Below the pieces are notes generated by a model that did not search any database, was not told the DNA's origin, and saw nothing but the letters and a program-made list of their open reading frames with translations. A program made the translations under genes and the position numbers. Shown here in pieces: positions 1 through 10,689 of a DNA stretch of 64,000 nt. Source of the DNA: an uncultured virus (IMG/VR IMGVR_UViG_2061766007_000995) (lineage: Duplodnaviria > Heunggongvirae > Uroviricota > Caudoviricetes). Location: IMG/VR virus record IMGVR_UViG_2061766007_000995; one strand, written 5' to 3'. How positions within the stretch are numbered: the first letter of the stretch is position 1; each line of letters begins with the position of its first letter.

Positions 1-61
1 CCAAATTAATCCAAACGAAGGAAATGTCTTTACAAAAACAATAACTGCGGCNNNNNNNNNN

Positions 62-581
62 GTCTTCTAATGGAATTTCTGGTCTTGTTCCAGCGGCCAA
101 AATTGCAGATCGAAACAAGTACCTCAAGGGAGACGGCACATGGGCCGAATTGACGCTTCCTTCAGATTACGTTGGTGCAACTTCATCTGCAAACGGCGTT
201 CATGGTCTTGTTCCAGCCGCAAATTCAAGTCAGAGAAAATATTTCTTCTGCGCTGATGGCTCATGGAGCAACATCAACTTTGGAGATACTATTGCTTTAA
301 GTGGAAGTCAAATTAATCCAAACGAAGGAAATGTCTTTACAAAAACAATAACTGCGGCAACAACTTTCACTATTGCATCTATTCCACAAAACAAGGCTTC
401 CCTGTTCAATCTTATTCTAGTAAATGGTGGTTCAAAAACAATTGTATGGCCATCACACATCAAATGGTCTGATGGAATTCCACCAGCATTGTCATCTTCA
501 GGAACAGACGTTTTAACGTTTTTAACTCCAGATGGAGGAACCACATGGTATGGAACTCCAGCATTAATAGGAGCAATGTAA
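62..581 (+). CDS. Tail-fibre-like module protein, 5' partial
   Basis: Two GxxGLVPAA...GDGTW-type repeats plus a C-terminal NGG..I.WP..IKW..G..P.L...GTD.L.F.TPDGG.TWYG module shared with downstream paralogs; starts at an N join. Confidence 0.7.
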
Positions 582-2665
582 ATGCTAACGCATTCTCAAA
601 AAATGATGCTGGAAAACGTCAAAGAAGAAAGCTGGTCATATACGGTCAATACTCAAGCCTTGAATAGTGGAGCCAAAACATCGGCCATTCCATTCAATTT
701 ATACAATCTAAAAGCATCCATTATAGTCAATTGGGGAGATGGAACAGTTCAAAAACTTCTTCCATCCGACTATACCAATACTTCTTCCGATGCTTCCATT
801 CACGAATATGCAAGTCCAGGAATTTATACCATAACAGTGAAGTCAAAATACTTTCCAAGAATTCCCATAGATGCATACTCTTATGGAGANNNNNNNNNNT
901 GATGCTTCCATTCACGAATATGCAAGTCCAGGAATTTATACCATAACAGTAAAGTCAAAATACTTTCCAAGAATTCCCATAGATGCATACTCTTATGGAG
1001 AAAATGAAGGAAGCGGCGATTTTAATCCAATCTGCATTCATCTTCAGCATTTTCACAACACGCTGGTGGCAGTCAATACCAAATTTCCGCATATAGCCGG
1101 AGAATACGTCTATAAGTTAAAAGATACAAAAAGAGAATATTCAGTTGGTGGAACATATGGCGTCTGGGATGGTTCCTCCTACTACAACGGAATATTTCGA
1201 GGATTTCCATTCTGCTTCTACCANNNNNNNNNNNNNNNNNNNNNNNNNNNNNNNNNNNNNNNNNNNNNNNNNNNNNNNNNNNNNNNNNNNNNNNNNNNNN
1301 NNNNNNNNNNNNTACCATCTGGGTTGTTTGACGGACAAACGTCAGCCAAATCGTTTAGCGGATGCTTTCAAAACTGTACGCAATTAACAGCAGTTCCAGA
1401 CACTCTACTAAAAAATAATGCAAATGTCACATCATGTGACAGCATGTTTAGCAACTGCACTTCATTGCAAACTATTGGAAGCATTTTTTCCTATGCATCG
1501 AATTTATCATCTATAAGATACTGCTTTGAAAACTGCACTTCTCTAACATCAATTTCCTCAGCATTGTTTCCTAGCAATTCCAAAATAACGTCCTTCTACG
1601 GCTGCTTTGAAAAATGCAGTTCATTAACATCTATTCCTTCAACATTATTTCAAAACCAGTCAAAAGCGTCTAATTTCTCCTTCTGCTTTTATAATTGCAA
1701 TTCGCTTCAGTCCATTCCATCAAATCTATTCTCTAATTGTCCGTTGGCTTCAGANNNNNNNNNNAATTCCTTCAACATTATTTCAAAACCAGTCAAAAGC
1801 GTCTAATTTCTCTTTCTGCTTTTATAATTGCAATTCACTTCAGTCCATTCCATCAAATCTATTCTCTAATTGTCCGTTGGCTTCAGATTTTTCCTACTGC
1901 TTCGACCAATGCAGCTCATTAACGGCTATTCCATCAGGACTGTTCAGCAATAATCCAGAAGCTTCCGATTTTGGAGACTGTTTCAATGCATGTCGACTAC
2001 TAACATCAATTCCGGCAAATCTTTTTTCCAATAATCCTAAAGTTACTAATTTCGGAAGTACGTTTTCAAATACAGGAATAACTTCAATTCCATCATCTCT
2101 ATTCGCAAGCAATACACTATGCACATCATTCAACTACACATTTGGGAATTGCAGCAGTTTGGAAGCAATTCCATCTGGACTGTTTGCCAATAATACGGCA
2201 GTGACTAATTTTGGCTACTGCTTTATTAGATGTTCCAAAGTTGCTTCCATTCCGTCAAATCTCTTTAGTGCAAGCATCAATGCAACTAATTTTTCAGACT
2301 GTTTTAACTTTTGTGAAGGTTTAACCTCAATTCCAGAAAATCTTTTTGCAAACTGCACAAAAGCGGAAACTTTTACAAACTGCTTCTACTGCTGTTCAAA
2401 ATTAACAACCATTCCAGGCAATTTATTCAAGTATAATACTTCCGCAACACGCTTTAAGAACTGCTTTTTTATGTATACAGCACAGTACGATTCTTTAGGT
2501 GATTTTACAATTCACATAGGTTCTCCAAACGTAAGCGTTGCCACTACATTTGTAAGACTAAAGTCTGGAACTACAAGAAAAATTTACGTTCCTTCCAATT
2601 CTACAACACAAGCAACATTCAATGCCGTGGCCACTGATCTGGGGATCACTGTCATAGGAGAGTAA
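582..2665 (+). CDS. PKD-like + BspA-type leucine-rich-repeat adhesin/fibre protein, broken by assembly gaps
   Basis: VNWGDGT...HEYASPGIYTITV motif, then many ~25-aa F..CF.NC.SL..IP..LF repeats across ORFs 582-902, 871-1806 and 1877-2665; breaks coincide with N runs. Confidence 0.8.
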
Positions 2666-2668
2666 CAT

Positions 2669-2983
2669 ATGTACTATAATCCAAAAACAAAAGAAATTAT
2701 ATCTCATAATGAATTAAAATGCAGACTGCATGCTTCCATACCAGAACTTGAAGAGGAAGTCGGTGAATGGCATTTGATTCATAATGGAGATGCTCCAATT
2801 ATACAGAATGGACAATCAATAGTTCCAGATGAAATTAAGCTGCAGAATGGAAAATACGTTCAAACTTGGAAATCTGTAGGAAAAATTCAAGAATCTTCTT
2901 CTGTGATGCTTGAAGATAGAATTAGTGCCATTGAATCTGGTCTAATTGAAATTGCAAAACTTATGTCCGAAAGGAGATCATAA
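2669..2983 (+). CDS. Tail fibre assembly-like small protein
   Basis: 104 aa after the fibre gene; C-terminal coiled coil LEDRISAIESGLIEIA. Confidence 0.55.
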   Translation: MYYNPKTKEIISHNELKCRLHASIPELEEEVGEWHLIHNGDAPIIQNGQSIVPDEIKLQNGKYVQTWKSVGKIQESSSVMLEDRISAIESGLIEIAKLMSERRS

Positions 2984-3087
2984 TGATACAATTCTACATG
3001 ATGCAGATTAAACTTGGAAAATTAACTATTGAAGACGTGCCAGAAAAATGGCGCGAAGAAGTTAGACGCCTAATAGCGACTTTATAG
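2983..3087 (+). CDS. Small CD1375/XkdX-like phage protein, 34 aa (not in ORF track)
   Basis: MIQFYMMQIKLGKLTIEDVPEKWREEVRRLIATL; ATG overlaps the upstream TAA (TAATG). Confidence 0.7.
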   Translation: MIQFYMMQIKLGKLTIEDVPEKWREEVRRLIATL

Positions 3088-3147
3088 TGCATTTATTGCT
3101 TGCATAGTAAATATTTTCATTCTTTGTCTATAAAAAAGAGTGGAAAT

Positions 3148-4125
3148 ATGCCAGCGCCAGTAAAATACGGAAAGATATACATGAAAGACGCTTCCGGAAG
3201 CATTGTACAGATTATTCCGGATGCGGCGGCCAGACATACAATCTATCAGGGAGCAACGTCATCAAGTTCCGGAGTTGCTGGTCTTGTTCCTCCTGCAAGC
3301 ACTGCAAACAAAAACAAATTTTTGAGGGGAGATGGAACATGGGAAGAAGCAACTCCAGCTAAAGAAGTGGCTGTTGTAGATTCTGCTCCAACTTCAATAA
3401 ACACAGCAAATCTTGGAAATGAAAGCGTAATTTTTTATGCCGATGGCGTAGAATCAAATGAGTATTCACTTCCAGTCACTACAAGTGGAAATCAAACTGT
3501 CAATGGAGTGAAAACTTTTCTTGATGGCATAGTTGGAGACGTTAATGGAACAGCAACAAAAGCAGTTCAAGATGTAGACGGCAATGCAATAAAAACAACA
3601 TATGCAACTAAAACTTATGTTGATGAAAAATTTGAAGATGCTCCAGAATCTTCCTATCTATCTTCCGAACCAGATTCTGAAGATATTGCTAGTTTAGCTA
3701 ATGGATCTATTGTTTTTTGCGAAAATGAAAGTGAAACAGCATATGTTCCAGAACCAGTCTATACAACAGGAAATCAAACAGTTAATGGAATAAAAAAATT
3801 TTCTGCTGGTTTTTATGAAGGTGTCAAGATTCTTGCGTCTAATGAATCCACCTTCGACTGCAATCAAAGCAACTGCTTTGTAAAATCCATAACTGAAGAT
3901 ACAGTGTTTAATTTTTCAAATGTTCCTGCTGATACAGCATGCACTATTAAAATTGTATTGACTAATGGTGGAAGTTTTAATGTTTCCTGGCCAGGAACAG
4001 TCAAGTGGTCAAATAATGCAAGTCCATCTTTAAATGCGAATGGAACAGACATTTTAGTTTTTTTTACATATAATGGCGGAAATACATGGTATGGAAGTCT
4101 TGAATTTACGGAATCCAATATATAA
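3148..4125 (+). CDS. Tail-fibre-like module protein
   Basis: N-terminal YGKIYMKD..G.IVQIIP + GAT...GVAGLVP...FLRGDGTW; two GNQTVNG.K.F repeats; C-terminal WP..KW...TWYG module; GTAAATA at 3107. Confidence 0.75.
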   Translation: MPAPVKYGKIYMKDASGSIVQIIPDAAARHTIYQGATSSSSGVAGLVPPASTANKNKFLRGDGTWEEATPAKEVAVVDSAPTSINTANLGNESVIFYADGVESNEYSLPVTTSGNQTVNGVKTFLDGIVGDVNGTATKAVQDVDGNAIKTTYATKTYVDEKFEDAPESSYLSSEPDSEDIASLANGSIVFCENESETAYVPEPVYTTGNQTVNGIKKFSAGFYEGVKILASNESTFDCNQSNCFVKSITEDTVFNFSNVPADTACTIKIVLTNGGSFNVSWPGTVKWSNNASPSLNANGTDILVFFTYNGGNTWYGSLEFTESNI

Positions 4126-4159
4126 TGAATATTTTTTAAACTAGCAAGGAGAAAATATA

Positions 4160-5422
4160 ATGCCTATTCCACTAAAGAAAGGAAAATTATTCATGAAGGA
4201 TGGCGAAGGAAATTTTGTACAAATTGTTCCTGAATCCACTTATGCAACTCCAGAATATATCGGAGCTACAGCAACATCAGCTGGCGTTGCTGGCATGGTT
4301 CCTGCCGCTCTGTCTTCTCAAAAAGACAAGTATCTCAAAGGAGATGGCACTTGGGCCGAATTAGTTCTGCCAGACACATATCAAGGAGCTACTGACGAAT
4401 TAAATGGCATTGCTGGTCTTGTTCCTAGCGCCTTGTCTGAAGATAAGGACAAATTTCTTCGCGGCGATGGAACGTGGACGGAAGTAGACGTTTCCAGTGC
4501 TGTTCATATTGAAGGTGCCGAAACAATCGCTGGTCCAAAAACATTTACGCAAGGACCATTTTCTAATGTTGTAAAAGCAACTATAAGTGGAACCTATGCA
4601 GTAAACGCTTCTTTTGGACAGATGTTTCTGCTTGACGTAACTGGAAATACTGAACTTTCGTTTGAAGGATTTCCTGCCAATACCGGAGCATCTATAAAGC
4701 TGTTTATTAATAATAAAGGAACATACACCATAACTTGGCCATCTCGTGTAATTTGGGCTTCAGCAGTTCCAACACAAACTTCAAATAAAATGGACGTATA
4801 TGAAGTTTCAACTATTGATGGTGGAAAAAGCTTTTATGCTACACGAATTATAGCAGGCATCACCAAATTTACTGGCGACACCATGTACATAGTAGATAAA
4901 CCTGGATGCAGTATTTCCATTAACGGATGTTCTGATAATTCATGTGGTTCTGCTGGAGATCCAGAGATTGATTTTCAATGGTCGACTTCCACTACAAATA
5001 TCAAAACAAATCAAGATTATACATTTAGTGATATTTTTGTTCATGATGAACCACTATATAATACATTATATGGAATGTCATCTGAAATTACCTATAGAGA
5101 TGAAGATGACAACAAATGGACTCTAACATTTGCTTCCAATCTAATTCCAGGATTTGAAAGTTCAGAATACGGATCATATGCCAGTCCAGATGCATGGGGT
5201 ACAGCCCAAGAGCTTGGACTAGAAAACACTTATCTATGGAACTACATAGAATGTGGTTATGATCTTGATTTCTACGAAACTGGAGATTCTAAAACATACT
5301 ACTATAATTGTCTAGTGGATTCTAATGGAAATAGATCATATTATTCCAATCGAGATGTTTCCATGACTATAACATATCTCGGAAACACTCGATATTCAGT
5401 CACGTTTAGATGGACCAGATAA
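4160..5422 (+). CDS. Tail-fibre-like protein with unique acidic Y/S/T-rich C-terminal domain
   Basis: Same N-terminal module, two GDGTW repeats, G.ETI.G.KTF motif; SD AAGGAG. Confidence 0.75.
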   Translation: MPIPLKKGKLFMKDGEGNFVQIVPESTYATPEYIGATATSAGVAGMVPAALSSQKDKYLKGDGTWAELVLPDTYQGATDELNGIAGLVPSALSEDKDKFLRGDGTWTEVDVSSAVHIEGAETIAGPKTFTQGPFSNVVKATISGTYAVNASFGQMFLLDVTGNTELSFEGFPANTGASIKLFINNKGTYTITWPSRVIWASAVPTQTSNKMDVYEVSTIDGGKSFYATRIIAGITKFTGDTMYIVDKPGCSISINGCSDNSCGSAGDPEIDFQWSTSTTNIKTNQDYTFSDIFVHDEPLYNTLYGMSSEITYRDEDDNKWTLTFASNLIPGFESSEYGSYASPDAWGTAQELGLENTYLWNYIECGYDLDFYETGDSKTYYYNCLVDSNGNRSYYSNRDVSMTITYLGNTRYSVTFRWTR

Positions 5423-6478
5423 CGTCATCAATGACTTCAGTCATTGTTCCAGTGTGGAACAATGAAAAATATATTGGTCGCTGCATTCAATCCATAAAAG
5501 AGCAAAGCTATAATAATTTTGAATGTTTTGTAGTAAATGATGGCTCAACAGACAATTCAGCAAAAGAAGCTGTAAAGGCAATTGACTGCGACAAAAGATT
5601 CAAGCTAATTAATCAGGAGCATCTAGGTCTATCTTCCGCAAGAAATTTAGGCCTAGATGCTTCTTCATCCGATTTTATCTTTTATGTTGATGCTGATGAT
5701 TCTGTTCATCCACAAATGATTGAAACAGCACTTTCTTTTTTAAACTATCATGCTTTAGATATGGTCTTTTTTGATGCTCATGTAGTTTCAGACGAAGAAG
5801 CAAATCCTTATACAGTACAGGAACGAAAGTATTTTACCAGAAAAAGAAATTATGGAATTGGAAAGGGAAANNNNNNNNNNAGACATGGCCTTTTTTGATG
5901 CTCATGTCGTTTCAGACGAAGAAGCAAATCCTTATACAGTACAAGAACGAAAGTATTTTACCAGAAAAAGAAATTATGGAATTGGAAAAGGAAAACAGCT
6001 TCTTAAAGAAATGATGCATAAGCATGACTTTGTTTATGCTGTGTTTATTCAAGCGGCAAGAAAAAGCTTCATAATGGAAAGATTCTATCCTGGATTAAGA
6101 GCCCAAGATCAATTATACACAACGGAAAATATCCTGCTGGCTGAAAACGTTGGTCATTTATCTGAGGAATTATATTTTAAACATTGCAGGCATGATTCAA
6201 TATCTCATCAAAGATGTGGTGCCCATTATGTGTGGTCAAGAATGAAGTCCGCATTTGAACTTATCAGATTTATTGAACGATGTGGTCTACAAAGCGAAAT
6301 GCCAACTATTGCTCCAATAATTAGTCACATGCAGAATGGCATTATAGGAAACATTAAATGCTTCAATGAAGAAGATTTTAAATGGATTGAAACGCTTCCT
6401 TTGGAAGAGCGTTCTTTGCTTCTGTTAATGAATAAAATCTCATTTAACAAGCCTTTTATAGCCCAAAGTTTATTGTAA
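5410..6478 (+). CDS. Family 2 glycosyltransferase (assembly duplication at 5871)
   Basis: SVIVPVWN, VVNDGSTD, GLSSARNLG and YVDADD motifs of the GT-A fold. Confidence 0.9.
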
Positions 6479-6520
6479 GAACGTAAATATTTCAATTCGT
6501 TCCATCTAAAAGGTGCAAAA

Positions 6521-7942
6521 ATGACAGTAGCATACGGCAAATTATATGTAAAAAACAAAACAGGAGACATTATTCAAATTGTTCCTGATGCAACAACTTC
6601 GGTAAGAGAATATCAAGGAGCAACTGATCAAAATGATGGAATTTCTGGAGTTGTTCCATCGGCAACTTCCGAACAAAAAGATCGATTTTTGAAAGGAGAT
6701 GGAACATGGTGTTCAGTGGACAAGGAAGTTGCCTTAATGTCTGAAACTCCTACATCTCAAAACACCCAGACCTTGGATAATGGCAGCATTATTTTCCAGC
6801 AGATAGCGCAAAACGACAGTCCTCCTATAATACATTCAAGTGGCGATGAAACCATTTATGGAACAAAGACATTTGCAAGCAGTATTAATGGCTCCATTAC
6901 TGGAAATGCCGCTACGGCCAATCAGGTTGAACATGATTTTACATTGAAAATTAAAAATGGCAATAACGAAGGAACATCAAAATATACGTTTAATGGTTCT
7001 TCCGACAAGACATTGAACATTGCACAAGGCGATGGAATAGTTCTTTCAACAGAAGCAAACAATTTGACTATTTCTTCAACAGGCGAAAAAACTTATACAT
7101 TGTGTGACAATGCCCTTGAAACGCTGTTTAATGGTCTACCACCAGTTGATGCAATGTTTGAAATCTACAGACTTACAGTTAAACTGTATTCTTCCTATGA
7201 TGCTCCAAATGGTGGAAGCATTTATGGCAGTGAAAATGTTGACTACGAAATTAATCCAATCTTTGAATTTTCAGCATACAACATGTCTGTACCAAGCAAT
7301 GTAGACTATGAAATTGAAGGTGCATTTGACAACTTTGATCCTGATTTAGATTATGATTCTCGAAGAATTGATGGAATGATCATTGAAATTGAGACTAGCA
7401 ACTATGATGGAGGATTTGCAAGAGTCTACGACAATAATGCAGAAGTGATAGAGACAAGTGGTGGTTCATGTGGATATGGTGATTTAACCATGCTCTATAC
7501 CCGCGTAGGTTCAAATTTCGATGAAAATACATCAACAGAAAGCTGGAATTATGCAGTTGAATGTCAACAGTATCTAGAATATCAAAAGCATGAAGACTAC
7601 ACCTATCAAGGTAATCCCAGCAATGTCAAAATGACCTATCTTGATCCAGAAAATCCGTTCTGGAATGCCGTTCAAGTTTATGATGCTGAATTTACTGGAA
7701 CAGGTGGTTCTGGTTCTGGACTTATTCCAACTACAGACTGTACAAAAACACTAGAATACACTTTAAATTATAGAATTCCGGTAAATGACTTGACAGATTC
7801 TGAATATGACAGTGTTGGACAAGTTCTTAACTGGAAAAAATATCCAAAAATTATAGTTAGATTTACGAAAACCACAGACGAAAAGATTCACTGCTTTTTA
7901 AACTACATCACCATGCAGAATGAATCTGAGGAAGAAGAATAA
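6521..7942 (+). CDS. Tail-fibre-like protein with unique acidic C-terminal domain
   Basis: YGKLYVK...IIQIVPD, GDGTW repeat, GDETIYGTKTF, GNAATA; GTAAATA at 6483. Confidence 0.75.
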   Translation: MTVAYGKLYVKNKTGDIIQIVPDATTSVREYQGATDQNDGISGVVPSATSEQKDRFLKGDGTWCSVDKEVALMSETPTSQNTQTLDNGSIIFQQIAQNDSPPIIHSSGDETIYGTKTFASSINGSITGNAATANQVEHDFTLKIKNGNNEGTSKYTFNGSSDKTLNIAQGDGIVLSTEANNLTISSTGEKTYTLCDNALETLFNGLPPVDAMFEIYRLTVKLYSSYDAPNGGSIYGSENVDYEINPIFEFSAYNMSVPSNVDYEIEGAFDNFDPDLDYDSRRIDGMIIEIETSNYDGGFARVYDNNAEVIETSGGSCGYGDLTMLYTRVGSNFDENTSTESWNYAVECQQYLEYQKHEDYTYQGNPSNVKMTYLDPENPFWNAVQVYDAEFTGTGGSGSGLIPTTDCTKTLEYTLNYRIPVNDLTDSEYDSVGQVLNWKKYPKIIVRFTKTTDEKIHCFLNYITMQNESEEEE

Positions 7943-7944
7943 TC

Positions 7945-8811
7945 ATGTCTGAAGCAACATTGATACTGCCAGTCTTCAATGGAAAAAACACTATTTTAGA
8001 CTGCATTCTTTCCATTCAAAATCAAACATTTACCGATTTTGAATGCTTGATCGTCAATGATGGTTCTACAGACAAAACTTTGGCAATTGCGGAGGATGCA
8101 ATTGCCAATGATAAACGATTCAGAATTATTAATAAATCCCATGAAGGACTTTCTATTGCAAGAAATACTGGAATAATGCAGGCTAAATCACCTGTCATAA
8201 TGTACATTGATGCTGATGATAAAGCCGATTCAAAAATGCTTGAAAAGGTGATGCTGTATTTTGATGAAAATGACGTTGACATGGTAATTTTTAATGCTGA
8301 ACCATTCAACGTTGATGTTCCGATGTTTACTTATAAAGCGGAACAGAGATATTTCAATAGAAAAAAATGCTACGGCATGCAGTCTGGCAGAGACATGCTG
8401 CTTGAAATGATGCATAATAGAGATTTTGTATATGCAGTCTTTATTCAGGCCATAAAATCGGATAAAATCAAGTATAAATTTTATCCCTACATGAGAGCCC
8501 AGGATGAATTATACACGCTTCAAAATCTCTATCTAGCTAAATCTGTCGGACACTTAAATGAAACTCTTTATTACAAATCCTGCCGAAAATCGTCCGTAGC
8601 AAATTCCAAGCATGATATGTGCTTTATCTGGAGTAGAATCCGAACATTGTATGAACTAATAGCGTTTATAGAACGCAGAAAAATTCCAGAAGATGATGTA
8701 AAGAAAATATTCTATAGCGTTATGAAAAGAAATCTTGATCACTTGCAATATCTGCTAAAGCACGATCAAGAATATCAGCATTTAGAATGCTTTCAATACA
8801 TGATGAGATAA
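7945..8811 (+). CDS. Family 2 glycosyltransferase
   Basis: LILPVFN, IVNDGSTD, GLSIARNTG, YIDADD; paralog of 5410-6478. Confidence 0.9.
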   Translation: MSEATLILPVFNGKNTILDCILSIQNQTFTDFECLIVNDGSTDKTLAIAEDAIANDKRFRIINKSHEGLSIARNTGIMQAKSPVIMYIDADDKADSKMLEKVMLYFDENDVDMVIFNAEPFNVDVPMFTYKAEQRYFNRKKCYGMQSGRDMLLEMMHNRDFVYAVFIQAIKSDKIKYKFYPYMRAQDELYTLQNLYLAKSVGHLNETLYYKSCRKSSVANSKHDMCFIWSRIRTLYELIAFIERRKIPEDDVKKIFYSVMKRNLDHLQYLLKHDQEYQHLECFQYMMR

Positions 8812-8824
8812 AGAGGTGTATCTA

Positions 8825-9235
8825 ATGAATATTATCAAATACGCAACTGCAAAAGGCTTATACACTATAATTGAATATATAAAAAAATATCTAAAATTTG
8901 ATTGTGGACCTTATGTATCTGTTATCGATCTGGATAAAGAAGGCGCATTTAATGGAAACATACGCTTATTCGAAGGAAGTCTTTTCAAGGGAACCATTGC
9001 AAGCCAAACACGTATTTCAATTTTAAAATATGGTCTTCCATCTGAAGCTTCCATGTCGTTTACTTTAATTCTTAATAATGGTGGAGCATATACAGTCACA
9101 TGGGATGATTCCATTAAATGGCCAGGTGGAACTGCTCCATCATTGACATCAGATGGAACAGACATGCTGACGTTTGTTACTCCAGACAGCGGCATAACGT
9201 GGTATGGAACGCTTGTAGGAAAGGATATAAAATAA
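8825..9235 (+). CDS. Small fibre-module protein (stand-alone W...KW...TWYG domain)
   Basis: LNNGGAYTVTWDDSIKWPGGTAPSLTSDGTDMLTFVTPDSGITWYG; SD GAGGTG. Confidence 0.7.
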   Translation: MNIIKYATAKGLYTIIEYIKKYLKFDCGPYVSVIDLDKEGAFNGNIRLFEGSLFKGTIASQTRISILKYGLPSEASMSFTLILNNGGAYTVTWDDSIKWPGGTAPSLTSDGTDMLTFVTPDSGITWYGTLVGKDIK

Positions 9236-9294
9236 CTGTCTGATTTACATTCCAGCGTGTAAATATTCAAGGAAATCTATATAAGGTACTAGAC

Positions 9295-9546
9295 ATGTCT
9301 GTAGCATATGGCAAACTATACATGAAAGACCAGAATGGCAATATTGTTCAAATCATTCCAGACACTGCAGCCATTCATGGACAATATCAAGGAGCAACTT
9401 CAGAAGTTAATGGTGTTGCTGGAGATGTTCCACCAGCACAGTCTAGCGAAAGAAACTACTTTCTTCGTGGAGATGGCCGATGGGAAGATCCAACAGCACT
9501 TATTCAATCTATAACTATAGAACAGATTGAAAGTCTTTATGAATAG
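9295..9546 (+). CDS. Minimal fibre N-terminal module protein
   Basis: Only the YGKLYMKD...VQIIPD and GAT...FLRGDGRW modules; GTAAATA at 9259. Confidence 0.7.
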   Translation: MSVAYGKLYMKDQNGNIVQIIPDTAAIHGQYQGATSEVNGVAGDVPPAQSSERNYFLRGDGRWEDPTALIQSITIEQIESLYE

Positions 9547-9553
9547 GTGAGTC

Positions 9554-10675
9554 ATGTCATCATATCTTGATTTAAATGGCTTGCAGACATGGCATCAACA
9601 TCTAATGGATGAAATAAACTGGTGTCCAATAATTAATGTTCAATCTGGAACTATAGATTCATCCATAGGTAAAATTTTTAATTTAAATGTATCCGAAGAT
9701 GTCGTTATTAATATTAGTGGACAGACAAAAAAAGAAAAGGATGAAATCTGGATAACATTGGCGAATTCAAATTGTCAATATTATCATATTGTCTGGCCAT
9801 CTAACGTATCTTTTTGCAATGAAAGAATAGATACAATTCTATACTTTAGAAAACTTACATTTAGACTGCATACTTATGATCGCGGCATATCCTGGATATG
9901 CGAAAATATGCTTGAAGCTCCATGTGGAAATGCTTCACGCTGGTCTTTTAATCTGCTTATGTATGGAAATTATCTATACGGAGAAATTCCATTCAGTTTG
10001 GCAGACATGCCATCAAATTCTGCTTCCATGGCTATTGATTGGGGCGATGGAACGTTTGATATAAGAAGCTTGTCTGACATAGAAAATTTTCAGACTGCGA
10101 CTGATGAAGATTTTATTCCATCTCATGTTTATTCAGAAAAAAGAACATATACTATTACAATTGAAAGTGAATATTTTGATGAATTATATCTCAATAATGG
10201 TCTATCAGAAAATTTTTCCGACAAGCTGGTTAAAATCAATTCTCCTCTTCCTAAAATCGCTGGAATCAATTATCTCGGAACTAAAACTAGCAACACGTTT
10301 TTTCATGCGTTTTCTGACTGCATACACTTGAACAGCATTCCAGAAAAACTGTTTGAACATAATTCAGACGTAGACAATTTTTCATATTGTTTTTCAGAAT
10401 GCAAAAATCTTTATCATATTCCATATAATATATTAAGTTCTTGTACATCCATTCAGCAAATGAATTATTTTATTCGAGGATGCACTTATCTTGAAGATTT
10501 GGAACTGCATATACCTTCGGAAAATATTTCATCTATACAGTCATTCTTTCCTGATGCATCCGTTTACGCCGAAAGAAATTTTAATATATATGTTCCTGCA
10601 AATTCTACTTCAAGTGAAAGCTTTAATGCTATTACAAAATATTATGACTATAATATAAACGTATATGATGAGTAA
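9554..10675 (+). CDS. Fibre-module + PKD-like + short LRR protein
   Basis: MSSYLDLNGL start, IDWGDGT, a few LRRs, IYVPANST C-terminal cap. Confidence 0.75.
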   Translation: MSSYLDLNGLQTWHQHLMDEINWCPIINVQSGTIDSSIGKIFNLNVSEDVVINISGQTKKEKDEIWITLANSNCQYYHIVWPSNVSFCNERIDTILYFRKLTFRLHTYDRGISWICENMLEAPCGNASRWSFNLLMYGNYLYGEIPFSLADMPSNSASMAIDWGDGTFDIRSLSDIENFQTATDEDFIPSHVYSEKRTYTITIESEYFDELYLNNGLSENFSDKLVKINSPLPKIAGINYLGTKTSNTFFHAFSDCIHLNSIPEKLFEHNSDVDNFSYCFSECKNLYHIPYNILSSCTSIQQMNYFIRGCTYLEDLELHIPSENISSIQSFFPDASVYAERNFNIYVPANSTSSESFNAITKYYDYNINVYDE

Positions 10676-10689
10676 TGGAGTTAGTATAT